Shown here: positions 1 through 11,917 of the stretch, piece by piece | How the letters are laid out: each line of letters begins with the position of its first letter | How positions within the stretch are numbered: position 1 is the first letter of the stretch | The notes under the pieces: model-generated | Seen by the model: the letters and a program-made list of their open reading frames with translations, nothing else | Database searches by the model: none | What the model was told of the DNA's origin: nothing | Assembly (NCBI RefSeq): GCF_009914755.1 | Contig: NC_060932.1 | DNA from: the human T2T-CHM13v2.0 reference genome, Homo sapiens | Direction: 5' to 3' (one strand) | Length of the DNA stretch: 64,000 bases | Program-made: the position numbers and the translations under genes

Positions 1-216
1 GGAGTGCAGTGGCACATCTCTGCTCACTGCAAGCTCCGCCTCCCGGGTTCTGCCATTCTCCTGCCTCAGCCTCCCAGGTAGCTGGGACTACAGGCGCCCG
101 CCACCACGCCTGGCTAATTTTTTTGTATTTTTTTAGTGGAGACAGGGTTTCACGGTGTTAGCCAGGGTGGTCTCGATCTCTTGATCTCGTGATCTGCCCG
201 CCTCGGCCTCCCAAAG
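1..216 (-). mobile_element. AluY, partial (window starts inside it; Alu 5' end truncated)
   Basis: Reverse Alu with AluY diagnostics (GCAAGCTCCGCC, CCATTCTCC, GTGTTAGCCAGG). Homology stops at CTCCCAAAG (216), about 35 nt short of the Alu 5' end. Confidence 0.9.
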
Positions 217-309
217 AGCGTGGGTTCAGGATAAATTTAGCCTCAAACCGTGTGAACCCTGTACCTTCAAATTTGTGCAGCAAAAAATTGAACTTCAGAG
301 TAAGGCTAG

Positions 310-500
310 CAGGCAGTATAGCCTACGTCCTAGAATAAGAAAGGCCTGTGTTCAAATCCTGACTTTTCCGCTTGCTAAATTATCAGACTTCAGTGCATTC
401 ACCTGCGTAAAATGGGAATAATAATAACAACAGTATCTACTCTATAGGGTCATTGTGATAATTAAATGACATGATCTATACCAAGCACGTAGGAGGCATG
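310..500 (+). mobile_element. MIR SINE relic
   Basis: MIR core motifs GTTCAAATCCTGAC...GTAAAATGGGAATAATAA...GGGTCATTGTGATAATTAAATGA. Boundaries approximate. Confidence 0.7.
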
Positions 501-566
501 CATTATAATATCATCAATTTAGTTTTACTATCTTAACTCTTTTAAAGCACTCATGCAGTGTGTGGA

Positions 567-602
567 TGTGCGTGTGTGTGTGTGTGTGTGTGTATGTGTG
601 TG
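567..602. repeat. (TG)n microsatellite
   Basis: Direct reading of the sequence. Confidence 0.95.
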
Positions 603-740
603 CTAGAAATCTTTTGGTAATAAAGTCAACCCAATACAGATTTTGTGAATGACTATATTCTAACCTAAAAATGCAATTAATTCTAATACCATGTTACACA
701 ATTCTTTCCTTTTAACAGAGAATATTTTTTTTCTTTACTG

Positions 741-960
741 GGAAGCATGTGCCGTGATGAAAAAAGAAGCTATTTGAGCATTGATGAGTCCAGGTTAAAA
801 CTGTAGCTGTCACTCATTAACTAGCAATTTCAAGTCACAACTTTCCTGTTCTCAGTTTTCTCATACTTTGCATAGTCTTTGGTATGAAGATTAACGGAGC
901 TACTTGACACAGACTGGGCCCCAAAGAAATAGTAGCTTTTATCATTATTATTATTGTTAT
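741..960 (+). mobile_element. MIR relic (degenerate)
   Basis: CAGGTTAAAAC...TAACTAGC...CAAGTCAC...CTCAGTTTTCTCAT pattern with an (ATT)n-like tail. 5' boundary uncertain. Confidence 0.5.
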
Positions 961-1221
961 TCAATCTTCACCTTCTTATTATAGGGCTCAACATTTAATT
1001 TGTATCATAACCAAGACTGAACATTAAAAATGTGTGAAGCATATTTTAAAATCCTTTAATAGAACATGTCTTCATCTTACTACCAATTGTTGTGACTTAA
1101 GAGATCAGCTTAATTAATTAGAGAGATAAATGCTGTATAATTTGCCAAATTATTGGCATTTGTTGAGCCACATGGCCTCTTCCCTCGCCTAATAGAAATG
1201 TTAACTGATTGTTTTCATAAG

Positions 1222-2265
1222 GAACATGGGACATTGAAAATGTTTCAGAAAATCTCTGTTGTCACAGGTTGACACTATGGAGTCTTGGAACCCTTCCTGA
1301 TACATTTCCATGAGAAGCAAATACAAGAATTATTTTTCCTTTTGGATCATGCTCAGACATGAAGGTAATTCAAAGCATGATAGATATATTTTTCACCTAG
1401 ATTTTTAAATGACAATAACATATTTGGGTATAAAGGATACAAAGTCAATATTATATTAGTTTGGCTATTTCAGAAAGAACCAAAAAAGCCTGCAGTGACC
1501 TCCAGCAATAATAGATTTTTTAAATCGACAGCTGGTTAACATTATCAGAATGAATCATGGAGCAGAACTGACAGCTGGATTCCAGCCAGGGAGGCCAAAA
1601 GATACCAAAGGTAATTTCTGTGTTTTTAAAGGAGAATTTTTTTTTAGTGCCTCTGACCTGGTGCTACATACATCTTAATTTAAGGGGACAGGTAGTGTGA
1701 TAAAAAAACAAAGTACAATTATAGCTAAAACCCAAAGGATCTGAACAAATACAAGTGTCTTAAAAGCAGTATATTTTGCAACTAGAGCAAGGCCTCCACT
1801 CTGCCCAAGAACTCCTGGCTAAATGCTGGAAATACCTACTGTTCTATTTAGAGCAGTTTAACGTTTTTTTTAAATAAGGAATAAACTGTATCTGTTTTTA
1901 TGGTCAAGTTAAAACAAGACTCCTACCTGTAAGCTTGACAGGTAAAGCCACACCAATCTTTTCAGCTTTAAAACAAGAAAAAAAAAATCTGTTTCATGCT
2001 TCTCAGCCTAGACAACACAAGTTATGTAGGTTTTTTCCCTTCAGATTTAGTGTAAATGTCCCCACCTGACACACGCAAAACCAAACTATCAAACAGAATG
2101 ATGACGCCGATGTGCAACACCTGTACTTTCAGGGCCTCCAACAAAGGAAGACAGAAATTTCTCCATACACACCTGCTGGGTGGCTGGATGCCTTTAACCT
2201 CTTCTTCTCCTGATGGGTCCCCACAAGGCAGAAATGGAAAAGAGTACTTGTCAGAGAGGCACTAA
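1222..2265 (+). pseudogene. Candidate decayed multi-exon gene remnant (exon-like segments 1222-1364, 1474-1610, 2045-2265); identity unknown
   Basis: AG/GT-bounded segments: ttttcataag|, |gtaatt, ctatttcag|, |gtaatt, ttttttcccttcag|. They join in one phase-consistent frame with four internal stops and end in the 69-aa ORF 2056-2265. No homology search was possible. Confidence 0.3.
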
Positions 2266-2510
2266 GAAGGACAGGCAAACCAAACTGCCCTATATTACAA
2301 GATTTAAATGTTTAATTATAGAATATATCTGGCAACATGCTGGGAAGGAAACTTTATATTAATCAAAACGAAAAACAAAAAAAAAAACAGAATTCACAAT
2401 TTCTCCTAGCCAAACTGGAAAAAAAAAAAAGTAGGTTTCTAAAAACACCAAAAGAAGACAAGTTATTATTTAAAGCAAACTAAACTTATGACATTTTGTA
2501 GCATGTATGG

Positions 2511-2885
2511 TGTATTAGGTCATTCTCACACTGTTATAAAGAATTGCCCAACACTAGGTAATTTATAAAGGAAAGAAGTTTAATTGACTCACAGCTCCAC
2601 AAGGCTGGGGAGGCCTCAGGAAACTTAAAATCATGGCCGAAGGGGAAGCAGGCACCTCTTACATGGCAGCAGGTGAGAGAGCTTGTGAGAGAATGCAGGA
2701 AAAACTACCGTGTATAAAACCATTAGATCTTGTGAAAATTCACTCACTATCACATACAAGCAAGTTCACATACCAAAATAGCATGGGGTAAACCACCCCA
2801 TCATCCAGTGACTTCCCTCCCTTAACATGTGGGGATTACAATTCAAGTTGAGATTTGGGTGGGGACACAGAGCCTAATCAATTCA
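2511..2885 (-). mobile_element. MSTA/THE1D-type MaLR solo LTR
   Basis: Starts TGTATTAG..., ends ...GATTTGGGTGGGGACACAGAGCCTAATCAATTCA. Flanks TATGG/TTTGG resemble a 5-bp TSD. Confidence 0.85.
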
Positions 2886-4629
2886 TTTGGTAAGCAGTTC
2901 TTATTACTAGAAAATTTATCAAGCGTAAATACAGCATATATATCTCCGAAAAAAATACTTTTGAAAGACAAAGACATGTCATTTATAGAGCTTAAATATT
3001 TGCATACTTAATGTGGTACCTTATGTATTCAGACTACTTTTTAAATAATATATAATTGTTTTAATCTACTTTTTAAAAACGAGTTAATAAATAGATGAAT
3101 CATGACAAAATGAACAAATATACTATCTTTTTGGGAAAATGTTTAATCAAACTATTTAAAGTACAAGACAAATTTTAAAATCTAATAAGTTACAACTTGA
3201 AGTACCACATTATAGAAAAATGAAAATTTTCCACTTTACAACACCATTTGAAAGAACAGTATGCATAATAGGTAATATAGTACTGAGATTTTGTATATGT
3301 TAAGACAATTGGAACTTAATTACACTTAAAGATAGTTTCAAACACTGGATTAAATTCCTATGTCATCAAACGATGTCTTTTAAGTATCTTTATTTATAAA
3401 ACAGTTGTCTTCAATTACTACATATATGGTATAGCTAACTGGTTTTTACAAAACAAGATTTTTGTCAAACATTAATAGTTTGTATAAAGAGAAATCATTT
3501 ATTTCACTGATAAAAAATAGGAATACTCAAGTACACCACCCTCATTTGTTACACTGCAATCTGTTTCAAGGCTTGAGGGGTGGAAACTCAAAGGTTGTGT
3601 GTATTTCAAGTGTTAGATGTGGGCAGAAACAGAATCCCTTTGGAGTTTCTGGAAGATGAAAGCATGAACAACTTTCTTTCATGCTCTTTTCTCATCAGAG
3701 ATAGAACAGATTTGCAAAGTTACCACCTAGCCAAATACTATTCTAAGCTCTGGAATTCTTCCCAAAACTTACAAGTGGGTAATTTTTTAATTCAAATAAA
3801 GTGACTTAGTCATTTGTGTGATATCACCATTTAAGAGAGGAAGTCCTCATACCAAACAAAAGCATTATTTTAACAACCCATATTTCATTGGCCACCCTTC
3901 TAACCCATGACTGAACTTTGGCAGTAGTTAAAATTCAAATCGGACTGTCCACTACCTATAAATGAAGCTACAAAGGGTTGACAGTGTGAGGATCAGGTTG
4001 GAGCAGGCTAATAGGTTTTAGTGCCTGAAACTTTTGATAATCTGGCTTTAAGTGTCATGGGTCTTTCAAGGTGGATTCCATCTGTCCTATAAAGTTATGT
4101 ATTGAAACATAATGCATCCCTTTGATCTCCTTTGTAAAAACCCTAAGAAGTCAACAAAATGCCCCCATTGACTCAACAGCCAGATCCCCAACCTGTTGAC
4201 ATGAAAGATTTTAACTGTTGTGTTTGTGAACAGTAAGTGAGCTATGTGTTGAAAGTCTCTCAATAAAAAGGCACAGAGATGGGCTGAGTCTTGATATAGG
4301 TACAGGCTGTCCTACTGATATTTTGTACCAAAATAAAACAAAAGAGTGCAGCTCACACAAGGATTAGGCCTGATAATGTCCATTACATAAGTTTCCAAAG
4401 TCATTCTTCAATAATGTATTTATCTTGAAAAGCATAATAAATTTGAGTTTCAAATCACTTACGTTAGTGAACGAAAATATTCCAACAACATAGATGTATA
4501 CCATGGTAAATAACACAAATAAGATATACATGTGTATATTTATGTATTTATTTATATGTATATATGTTTATAATACAAGTATTATAACACAAGTAGATAT
4601 GTACAGTGTATACCCAAGACAGACACATA

Positions 4630-4840
4630 GAGGAAACTAGACAATGAAAATTGCATTGATTTTTGTAGTCAGAAAGACCAAGTCTAAATATTGGTTGCTA
4701 CTACTGAGTGACTTTGAACATTTTTCTTATCTTTACAAATGAATAGGTACTAATACCCACTTAAACTGACTGTTTGGATTAATTGAGATCAGTTATATTA
4801 AGCACTTGGCAAATAGTAGCAATCAACATATACTGTTTAT
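4630..4840 (+). mobile_element. MIR relic
   Basis: GTAGTCAGAAAGACC...GTGACTTTGAAC...GGATTAATTGAGAT...AAGCACTTGGCA pattern. Confidence 0.55.
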
Positions 4841-5059
4841 CTTTTCCTTCTCCATATCAGCATCATACCCATATGTAAGTCTCAGTTTTATTCAATATTA
4901 GAATTTAATGAGCCTCCTGCATCAGTATTAACATATGCCCTCATGTTCTTGCATCATGGAACACAGATTCAAGGGGCTCTTTTTGAATAGTAAGGAAATT
5001 GTGGTCTGTCTGAAGTCTGCAATTCCCTGTTGATGTTATCTCCTAACAAGGGAAAATCT

Positions 5060-5370
5060 TGTCCAACCTTCAACACTCAGCTCAGGTGTCACCTACTCTG
5101 TGACAACTCTCACAGTCCTGCTGGACAACAATAATGAACTATTCTTTTCTCTGCTCTCCAAAATCTTGGTGTATGCCATTATCATAATACTTATTAAATT
5201 GTAAGTAATTTAATTTAACTAAATTGTAATTAGTTCTTGTCCAGCCAGCTTCCTCTAAGAGAAATTGAGTTCCATGAGATCAGATCTATATCTTAGTCTT
5301 CGTGAACCCCCTGGCGTGCAGCTCAGAGCCTGGAAGATATCAAACACACAACAAAAAAGGGAGAAGGAAG
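5060..5370 (+). mobile_element. L2 3' end relic
   Basis: CTCAGCTCAGGTGTCACCTACTCTGTGA...GAGTTCCATGAGATCAG...CAGAGCCTGG, typical of L2 3' ends. Confidence 0.55.
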
Positions 5371-5859
5371 GGGAAAAGGAAGCCAGAAGTAGTATTTGCC
5401 CATTTTTCTTACATTATGTCTATGATCACCTACTCAACAATGAGTAAGACTTAAACATAAATAAACAATGGCCATTAACCTAAAGAATCAAATAGTTTTA
5501 AGTCCTTCTCAAATCTTGGGACTATCACTCAATATTATTTCAGCGTCTTACTCCTCAGCCACCTCAAAGATATGCTGATTTTCTAACACCATCTAGCCAA
5601 GCATCTGACAGATGGCTCTGAGATCCACACTGTCTTTATGTGTGTAAACCAACAAATGTTCCACCCAGTGGCATATGTGTTCACATATTATCAATGCTAG
5701 ATGCTTCAAGCTTGCAAACAGAGCCCTACTGAGGAAATGTACATCTCTTGTGGATTTATCTAAACACATAAGCCTTTTATTTAATTTGAAATTAGTAATC
5801 ATGTATAGCTGACCATTTACAGATTTAATCCCTTTATGCATATTTTGCCTTATCTTCCA

Positions 5860-6390
5860 CATTGAATGCCACCAAAGTGATCTGCCTAAAGCTCAAATCT
5901 GATCATGTCAGTTTCATACCAAAAATTCTATATCACCAATGATAAAATCTAAACTAAATCTGAACCAATCGTAAGCAAACTACCTTCCACTTGCCAAATG
6001 TGCCATGCTCGCTTGTGTCTCTACTCCTTTTCAAATATTGTCCCACATCCTAAAATATCATTTTCATGCCTTTCCTATTAAAAAAATAATTTCCCTTTCT
6101 CTTGGTTTCAGATACATTCTCAGCTACTCTGAAAAACCTGTAACACTTTCTCCCCTTACCCACTGACGACCTGAGTACCCATCCACTCTTCTGCTGGGAC
6201 AGGAAGGGCAGAATGTAGGTGCATATACCATGCCTCATAAGACTGCCCTATAATTATCTTTATACGTAACATGTGTGCATCACAAGGTCATATGCTATTT
6301 GAGAATAGAAACTGAGTTTTGTTCATCAGTTGTATACTCAGAGCCTGGAACACTGCATGTGCCTAATTATTTGTTAAGTAAGTGAATTAT
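5860..6390 (+). mobile_element. L2 3' relic
   Basis: AAGTGATCTGCCTAAAGCTCAAATCTGATCATGTCA...TTGTTCATC...CAGAGCCTGGAACA...TTGTTAAGTAAGTGAAT. Confidence 0.6.
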
Positions 6391-6723
6391 TGTGGAGATT
6401 TTGTCCATAAAGAGTTTATAGTAACTTTATACAGATACACATGTAATCACAAAGTTTAAATAAAACACTACAAGATATAATTGAAACTTTGGGGATCAGG
6501 ACTAAGAAAGTTAGCAGAGTAGAGTGGGCTTAGTCACATACAAAAGGATGCTTGAAATTATGTCAGATTATTTATTTCATTGAGATCAAGTCAACTTGAA
6601 ACTTTTACATAACCCCCTTACTAGCCAAGAGTTCCTTGAGACTACCAGACAATATAAGAGTAGTCACAAGTACACATTTCAATGCAATGCATTTTTAACA
6701 TCATAGCACTAGGAAAATTTCAG

Positions 6724-7080
6724 GGCCAGGCATGGCAGCTTACATCTGTAATCCCAGCACTTTGGGAGTCTGAGGCAGGAGGATTGCTTGAAGCCAGGAG
6801 TTTGAGACCAGCCTGGGCAACATAGCAAGACCTCATCTCTACAAAAAATACTCCACCTCTTCAAAAAAAAAAAAAAATTTAAATAGACAGGCACAGTGGC
6901 ACATGCCTGTACTCCCAGCTACTCAGGAGGCTGAAGTGGGAGGATCACTTGAGCCCAAGGGTTCAAGGCTGCAGTGAGCTATGATAGTGCACTGCACTCC
7001 AGCCTGGGCACCAGAACAAAACCCTGTCTCAAAAATAAATAAATTAATTAATTAATTTAATTAAAGTATAACAAATAAAT
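6724..7080 (+). mobile_element. AluJ with an extra insert in the middle A-rich linker
   Basis: Dimeric Alu with J diagnostics (GGAGGATTGCTTGAAGCCAGG, TTCAAGGCTGCAGTGAGCTATGAT) and an AT-rich tail. Confidence 0.9.
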
Positions 7081-7766
7081 GTTAATTTTCTAAAGCCCAG
7101 AGCAGTAAGACACTGGAATAAGCGCAAGAGTAGACAACAAATGGTTCTTCCCCAAGAACGTGGGGCTCTGGGCTGCTGCTGGCAGTGCCAGAAAAGCACA
7201 TCCTCCTCTGACTCTCTGGAAAACCCAGAGCAGCAGCTTTCAGAACAGTGGGAGTGCTGAGATGCACAGGAACAAAGGCTGGCACGTAAACCATTCCCCC
7301 CAGTTCTGCCTAAGAGGTGTTTTCTAAGCCTGGATCCATGCCATCAAGCTACATCACCCAGCCTCAGAATTCTAAGATTAGATAATGCACTAGATTGTTA
7401 TTTTGTCACAAATGAGATATGATAAATGCTTGACATTTTTGCCTCCCCAGAAACAGATCAGCTACCCCAGAAAGGAAGCAAGGCCTTGGCTCTCTCTGTA
7501 GAAAGGGAAAGAGAGACAGAGATTTCAGGAGACAGGCCATGAGCAAGGAACTTGGGCCTGCTTGATTTGTTACTCCTGAGACCTTGTATCTTTAGGAGTG
7601 ATGGAAGAAAACAAGTAGCTAGCTGAAGATTATTCAGAGAATAAAAAGCAGAGTATAAAGTCCAGCAGTGCACTTGCAGTATTGTTAACTGAAGTATTCT
7701 AATTATCCTAGTGGCTTGATTTGGACATTGGGATTCTAGATTTTTCCTCCTATCTATGCTTTTGTC

Positions 7767-7816
<50 letters not shown>

Positions 7817-7830
7817 GATAGATAGATAGG

Positions 7831-7880
<50 letters not shown>
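7767..7880. repeat. Compound GATA tetranucleotide STR: (ATAG)12 AT (GATA)3 GGTA (GATA)12
   Basis: Counted directly from the sequence. Confidence 0.97.
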
Positions 7881-8059
7881 TGATTTGTCATTTTCTAAGT
7901 TCTTGTGTTTCCTGACTTTACATTTTTTGGTTGAGTGTCAAGATCTCTAGGGCAGCCATCATCTCTACTTGTCTTGTATTATTGCTAAAGAAAAATCAAA
8001 TCTCTGTGTCCATGGCTATTGAAGAGTCTACGGCATAACAAAAATTGATAAATAGGAAT

Positions 8060-8215
8060 AAACTATTCATCATCTAGTCAAGCCCCCTCATCTATCAAAC
8101 GAAGGAATTGAAACTCATGGAAGCTAAGTTACTTGTTCAAGGTCATTGTATTCACTAAATGGAGTAGCTGGAGGTTGAGTCTTAGCCAGTGATCACACTT
8201 TCCACGACACCTTGC
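8060..8215 (-). mobile_element. MIR relic
   Basis: CATCTAGTCAAGCCCCCTCAT...GAAACTCA...AAGTTACTTGTTCAAGGTCA is the reverse MIR core. Confidence 0.6.
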
Positions 8216-8489
8216 TGATTCTGCTGCCTCCTGCCAGGTTAGCAATACTCTTACGGTAGGGATTGTTTCTGTTCTAAATTGTTGTAATTAAAGAAGCTGT
8301 GCCCCCCATTAGCTCACCTTTAATGTGTCCCAGCCCTTCTTACTTCACATGTGTATTATTTTCTGACATGGGTGTATGGAAGCAGAAGAAGAGATCATAT
8401 GTGAACATACGCTGTGCTCATCACCGGAATTCAGATATGTCTAGTTATACTAAAGCATTTTTTGGCACAAATAAAAACTGTCATCGGTT

Positions 8490-8760
8490 CTATTTATTCA
8501 ACAATTATTTACTGAACGTTTATTATGAACTAAGAACGGTGTGACAGGCAATGAAGATGCAATAAGCAAAAAAGACTTTGTTTCAGCTCTGTAAAATTTA
8601 CAGTCTAATGTGAGAGAGCCACACACAAATAAGAACATGCAAAAAATCCTTATTTTGCTCAATGTGGTGATAAATGCCCAGAGTTGGAGATTAGGTTTAA
8701 CAAGGAAGTTACATTTTAAGTCAAACACTAAGGAGAAATAGGCATTTTGCTGCTAGACAG
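8490..8760 (-). mobile_element. L2 3' end relic
   Basis: TTTATTCAACAATTATTTACTGAACG...AATTTACAGTCTAATG is the reverse L2 3' terminus. Confidence 0.6.
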
Positions 8761-10048
8761 GAACATTTATAGAACTGTGCTAAGGAGGAAGTCCATTGTT
8801 TGGAACAAAAATTTCCTTATTCCCTGGTAACTGGCCAATACCATTATTCTATGTTGGTGATTACGCACTGCCTAGGGCTAATTCTAGTTGTTGGTGATGA
8901 ATTCAATAGTATTCTGTTTCCTCATTAAACATATGGGTTATTTGTTCACTTTAGACTGTCTCTGTGAAATTTAGCCTTTTAACCACATCGCATCAATAAG
9001 GATTAGACCAACCCTGAGGTCCACAAGGACGAGCAAATTCTACAGCTCTTCTTTTTCCATGCTCTGGTTCAGAAATGGGTCACACATATTCAATGCTCTT
9101 TAACTATTTGTTGAAATCGGAAAGATTCAATTACCTTCTGACTCAGTCCTTTTTTGAGTTTGCAGCCAGCCTTCATAGTCACTCATGTCCTTGACAAGGG
9201 ATGGTTCTCATCTATCTGGGAGGGTTAAACACTTCGACCAAATGAACAATCTGGGGAGGAATGAACAGAAGATTTGAACAGGGAAGAGGATACCTGACAA
9301 CATCTATAGTGAGTTTCTGCTTGTTTCGAGTTATTATATACTCTAAAATATATGCTGGTATTGAAACAGAAAAAAGAAATACACTATCTGAAGGTAAATT
9401 TCAAATGATTTGAAAAAGACAAAAATTTCTAACAGCAAAAGGTCATGAAAGATAATAAGCATCTATAACAACTTTTTGCTTTGACTTGTATATTAATTAC
9501 TTGAAGGGAACAATATAATACATGACTCACATTTTTCCGACAGAAATGTCAACTGAGAAACTTCCAAAAAGCTATCGATAGATTGCTATTACTTCTGGGA
9601 ATATAAAAATAAAATGGTTTTATTTTTTGTTTTCATATTATAAAATGATTTAATTAGTATTTCATTCCGGAAGCAAAGTCAAGACCAACAACATTGTAAG
9701 GGACAACTCAGTTATACAAGCAGAGTCTTTTCGGTTACTTAGAGCAGTGTTTCTGCCACTCATATAATACTGTAGATTATTATAATTCTCTAATGCAGTC
9801 TTCAGGCATGAGACAGAAGACAGGAAGAACAGAATTGAGATTTCAACCACTCAGGGAGGCAAAATGATTTATAGAGGAAGAAGGAAGAGAGAAACAATTT
9901 AGGTCAGTTGAAATACTGACCCAGAGGCTCCCTAAGGGTTTGTCATACTATGAGGGGCACCAATTAAAATAACAATGATCTGGAATTATATACCAATGTT
10001 TTCTTAGTAAATTTAGTTTTAGATACTTGATAAAAAATAATTGGAAGA

Positions 10049-10415
10049 GGCTGGGCATGGTGGCTTCCACCCGTAATCCTAACGGTTTGGGAGGCCAAGG
10101 TAGGAGGATCACTTGAGCCCAGGAGTTCGAGACTAGTCTGGGCAAGATAATGAGACCCTGACTCTACAAATATTTAAAAAATAGCAGGGTGTAGTGGTAC
10201 GCACCTGTGGTTCCAGCTACTCAAGAGGCTGAGATGAGAGGATCGTTTGAGCCCAGGAAGTGAAAGCTGCAGTGAGCCATGATTGTGCCACTGCACTCCA
10301 CCCTTGGCAACAGAGTGAGACTCTGTATCAAAAAAAAAAAAAAAAAGAAAGAAAGAAAAGGAAAAAAAAAAAAAAAGAAACCCCCCCAAAAGAAAAATAG
10401 ATTAAAAAAGAAAAA
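10049..10415 (+). mobile_element. AluJ with long mixed A/G tail
   Basis: GGCTGGGCATGGTGGCT...GGAGGATCACTTGAGCCCAGGAGTTCGAGAC; body ends about 10329. Confidence 0.92.
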
Positions 10416-10922
10416 GAATTGAAGGGAATGGATTTATTAAAATGCAATTAAGTAGCAATTTGTGTTTTGTATAGAATTTTAGCCAGGTTGCTGAATTTTA
10501 ACTTTGTATCTGATGCCATTCAATCACTAAAGGTTAGGGAATTTTCTATTAAATTAATTTTGAAGAATAAACAAGCCAAAGGCCTTAACATTATTATTTT
10601 GGATTATCTTAATAAAAAATAATGACATGGTTTTGTGGTTTATACATAAAGGTGACTTTTTAAGATATCAATTCCTAATTCAAGATTACATATGTTCTAC
10701 ACATACACAGTTTAAGTTAAAAAAATTCAAAAAGTAGAGAAAACTCCTTTTTTAGCAATCATAAAAAACACCAGGAAAAATGAATTAAGGTGGTCTGTGA
10801 AATTGCCAACATACTGTGGTTAATTTTTTAGCCCATGAGAGACTCTCATATATTCCCATAATACATTAAGTGATAGGTATTGGATCCATAGGAATTAAAT
10901 ATAATTGCTTTAATTTTTAAAA

Positions 10923-11077
10923 TTTTTTTAGAGACAGACTCTCGCTCTGTTATGCAGGCTGGAGTGCAGTGGTACAATCATAACTCACTGCAGCCTCCAA
11001 CTCCTGGGCTCAAGCAATCCTCCTGTCTTGATCTTCCAAAGTACCAGGATTACAGGCATTAGCCACTATGACTGACC
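10923..11077 (-). mobile_element. Monomeric Alu-family element (FRAM/FAM-like, or arm-recombined AluJ)
   Basis: About 150 bp with a right-arm 3' part and a left-arm-type 5' end, and no middle A-linker. Confidence 0.75.
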
Positions 11078-11917
11078 TAAATTTTTATATGATATTTTAA
11101 GTTATGAACGAGTCTTCATTTAGTTGATCCAGAATGTTGCTGCATACTCAATCAAGGTCATGAAATAGACTCTGCCCCCTCAGTATCTTCCTTTGTCACA
11201 ACGTTCTCAAAGTTTAACCATATCTATAGACCTGCAAGATATTTCATGCAAAGTTGGCTTCTGAATAAAATCAGTTGTGGTCTACTACCTCTAAAAGTCC
11301 AGCCCCAGGTGAGCTTTAGATTCCCAGGTGTAGAGAACAAAATACAGTTCTTCACTTTCGCTTTCTTACATCTCCTGCAAATCTTCCCTGGAGGCTCCAT
11401 TTTATGGTTAAGAAATTCCCCGTGTTTCAGGTCAGTACAAGGTCAAACTAGAGGTTTATTTTGTAAACAAAAATGTGACCCATAAAATGATTTGTTTCAT
11501 TTTCTTGTGCAAATGTTATTTGAAGTAGAGATAATACATTTGTAATTGATATAATCTTTTACTCTGCATCAGCTTTGTACATTGGGTGCTTTCAGACTTC
11601 AAGAGAACTGTTTGCATGCTTCTACTTGCATGCATTCAAAGATCTGGATCTGAATTTGCAAGTTAACATTCCCTTCAAAGCTATAGAAACAGCAGAAGAA
11701 AATGAAATTTATGTAATTTATATTTACCTCATTAGATGGCAGCATGCATCCGAAACCAAAGTTAATAATTTGGTGGGAGATATGATATCTCTTAGAAGTT
11801 GCAAAAGAAAAATCAAATATGCTAAAAATAGGGATTTATGTGCAATTTCTCTGTGTTTTTAATGTATCCATCTAAACTCAGATATAATTTTTGAAAACAT
11901 TTAACATCACACAAAAT

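Noticed and set aside
7767-7880. Identification as a named forensic STR
   Set aside because: I do not recognise the flanks as any core marker, so no name can be supported.
9167-9308. Plus-strand exon-like segment (tttgcag|…|gtgagt)
   Set aside because: All three frames are closed and no partner exon could be tied to it; compatible with chance splice motifs.
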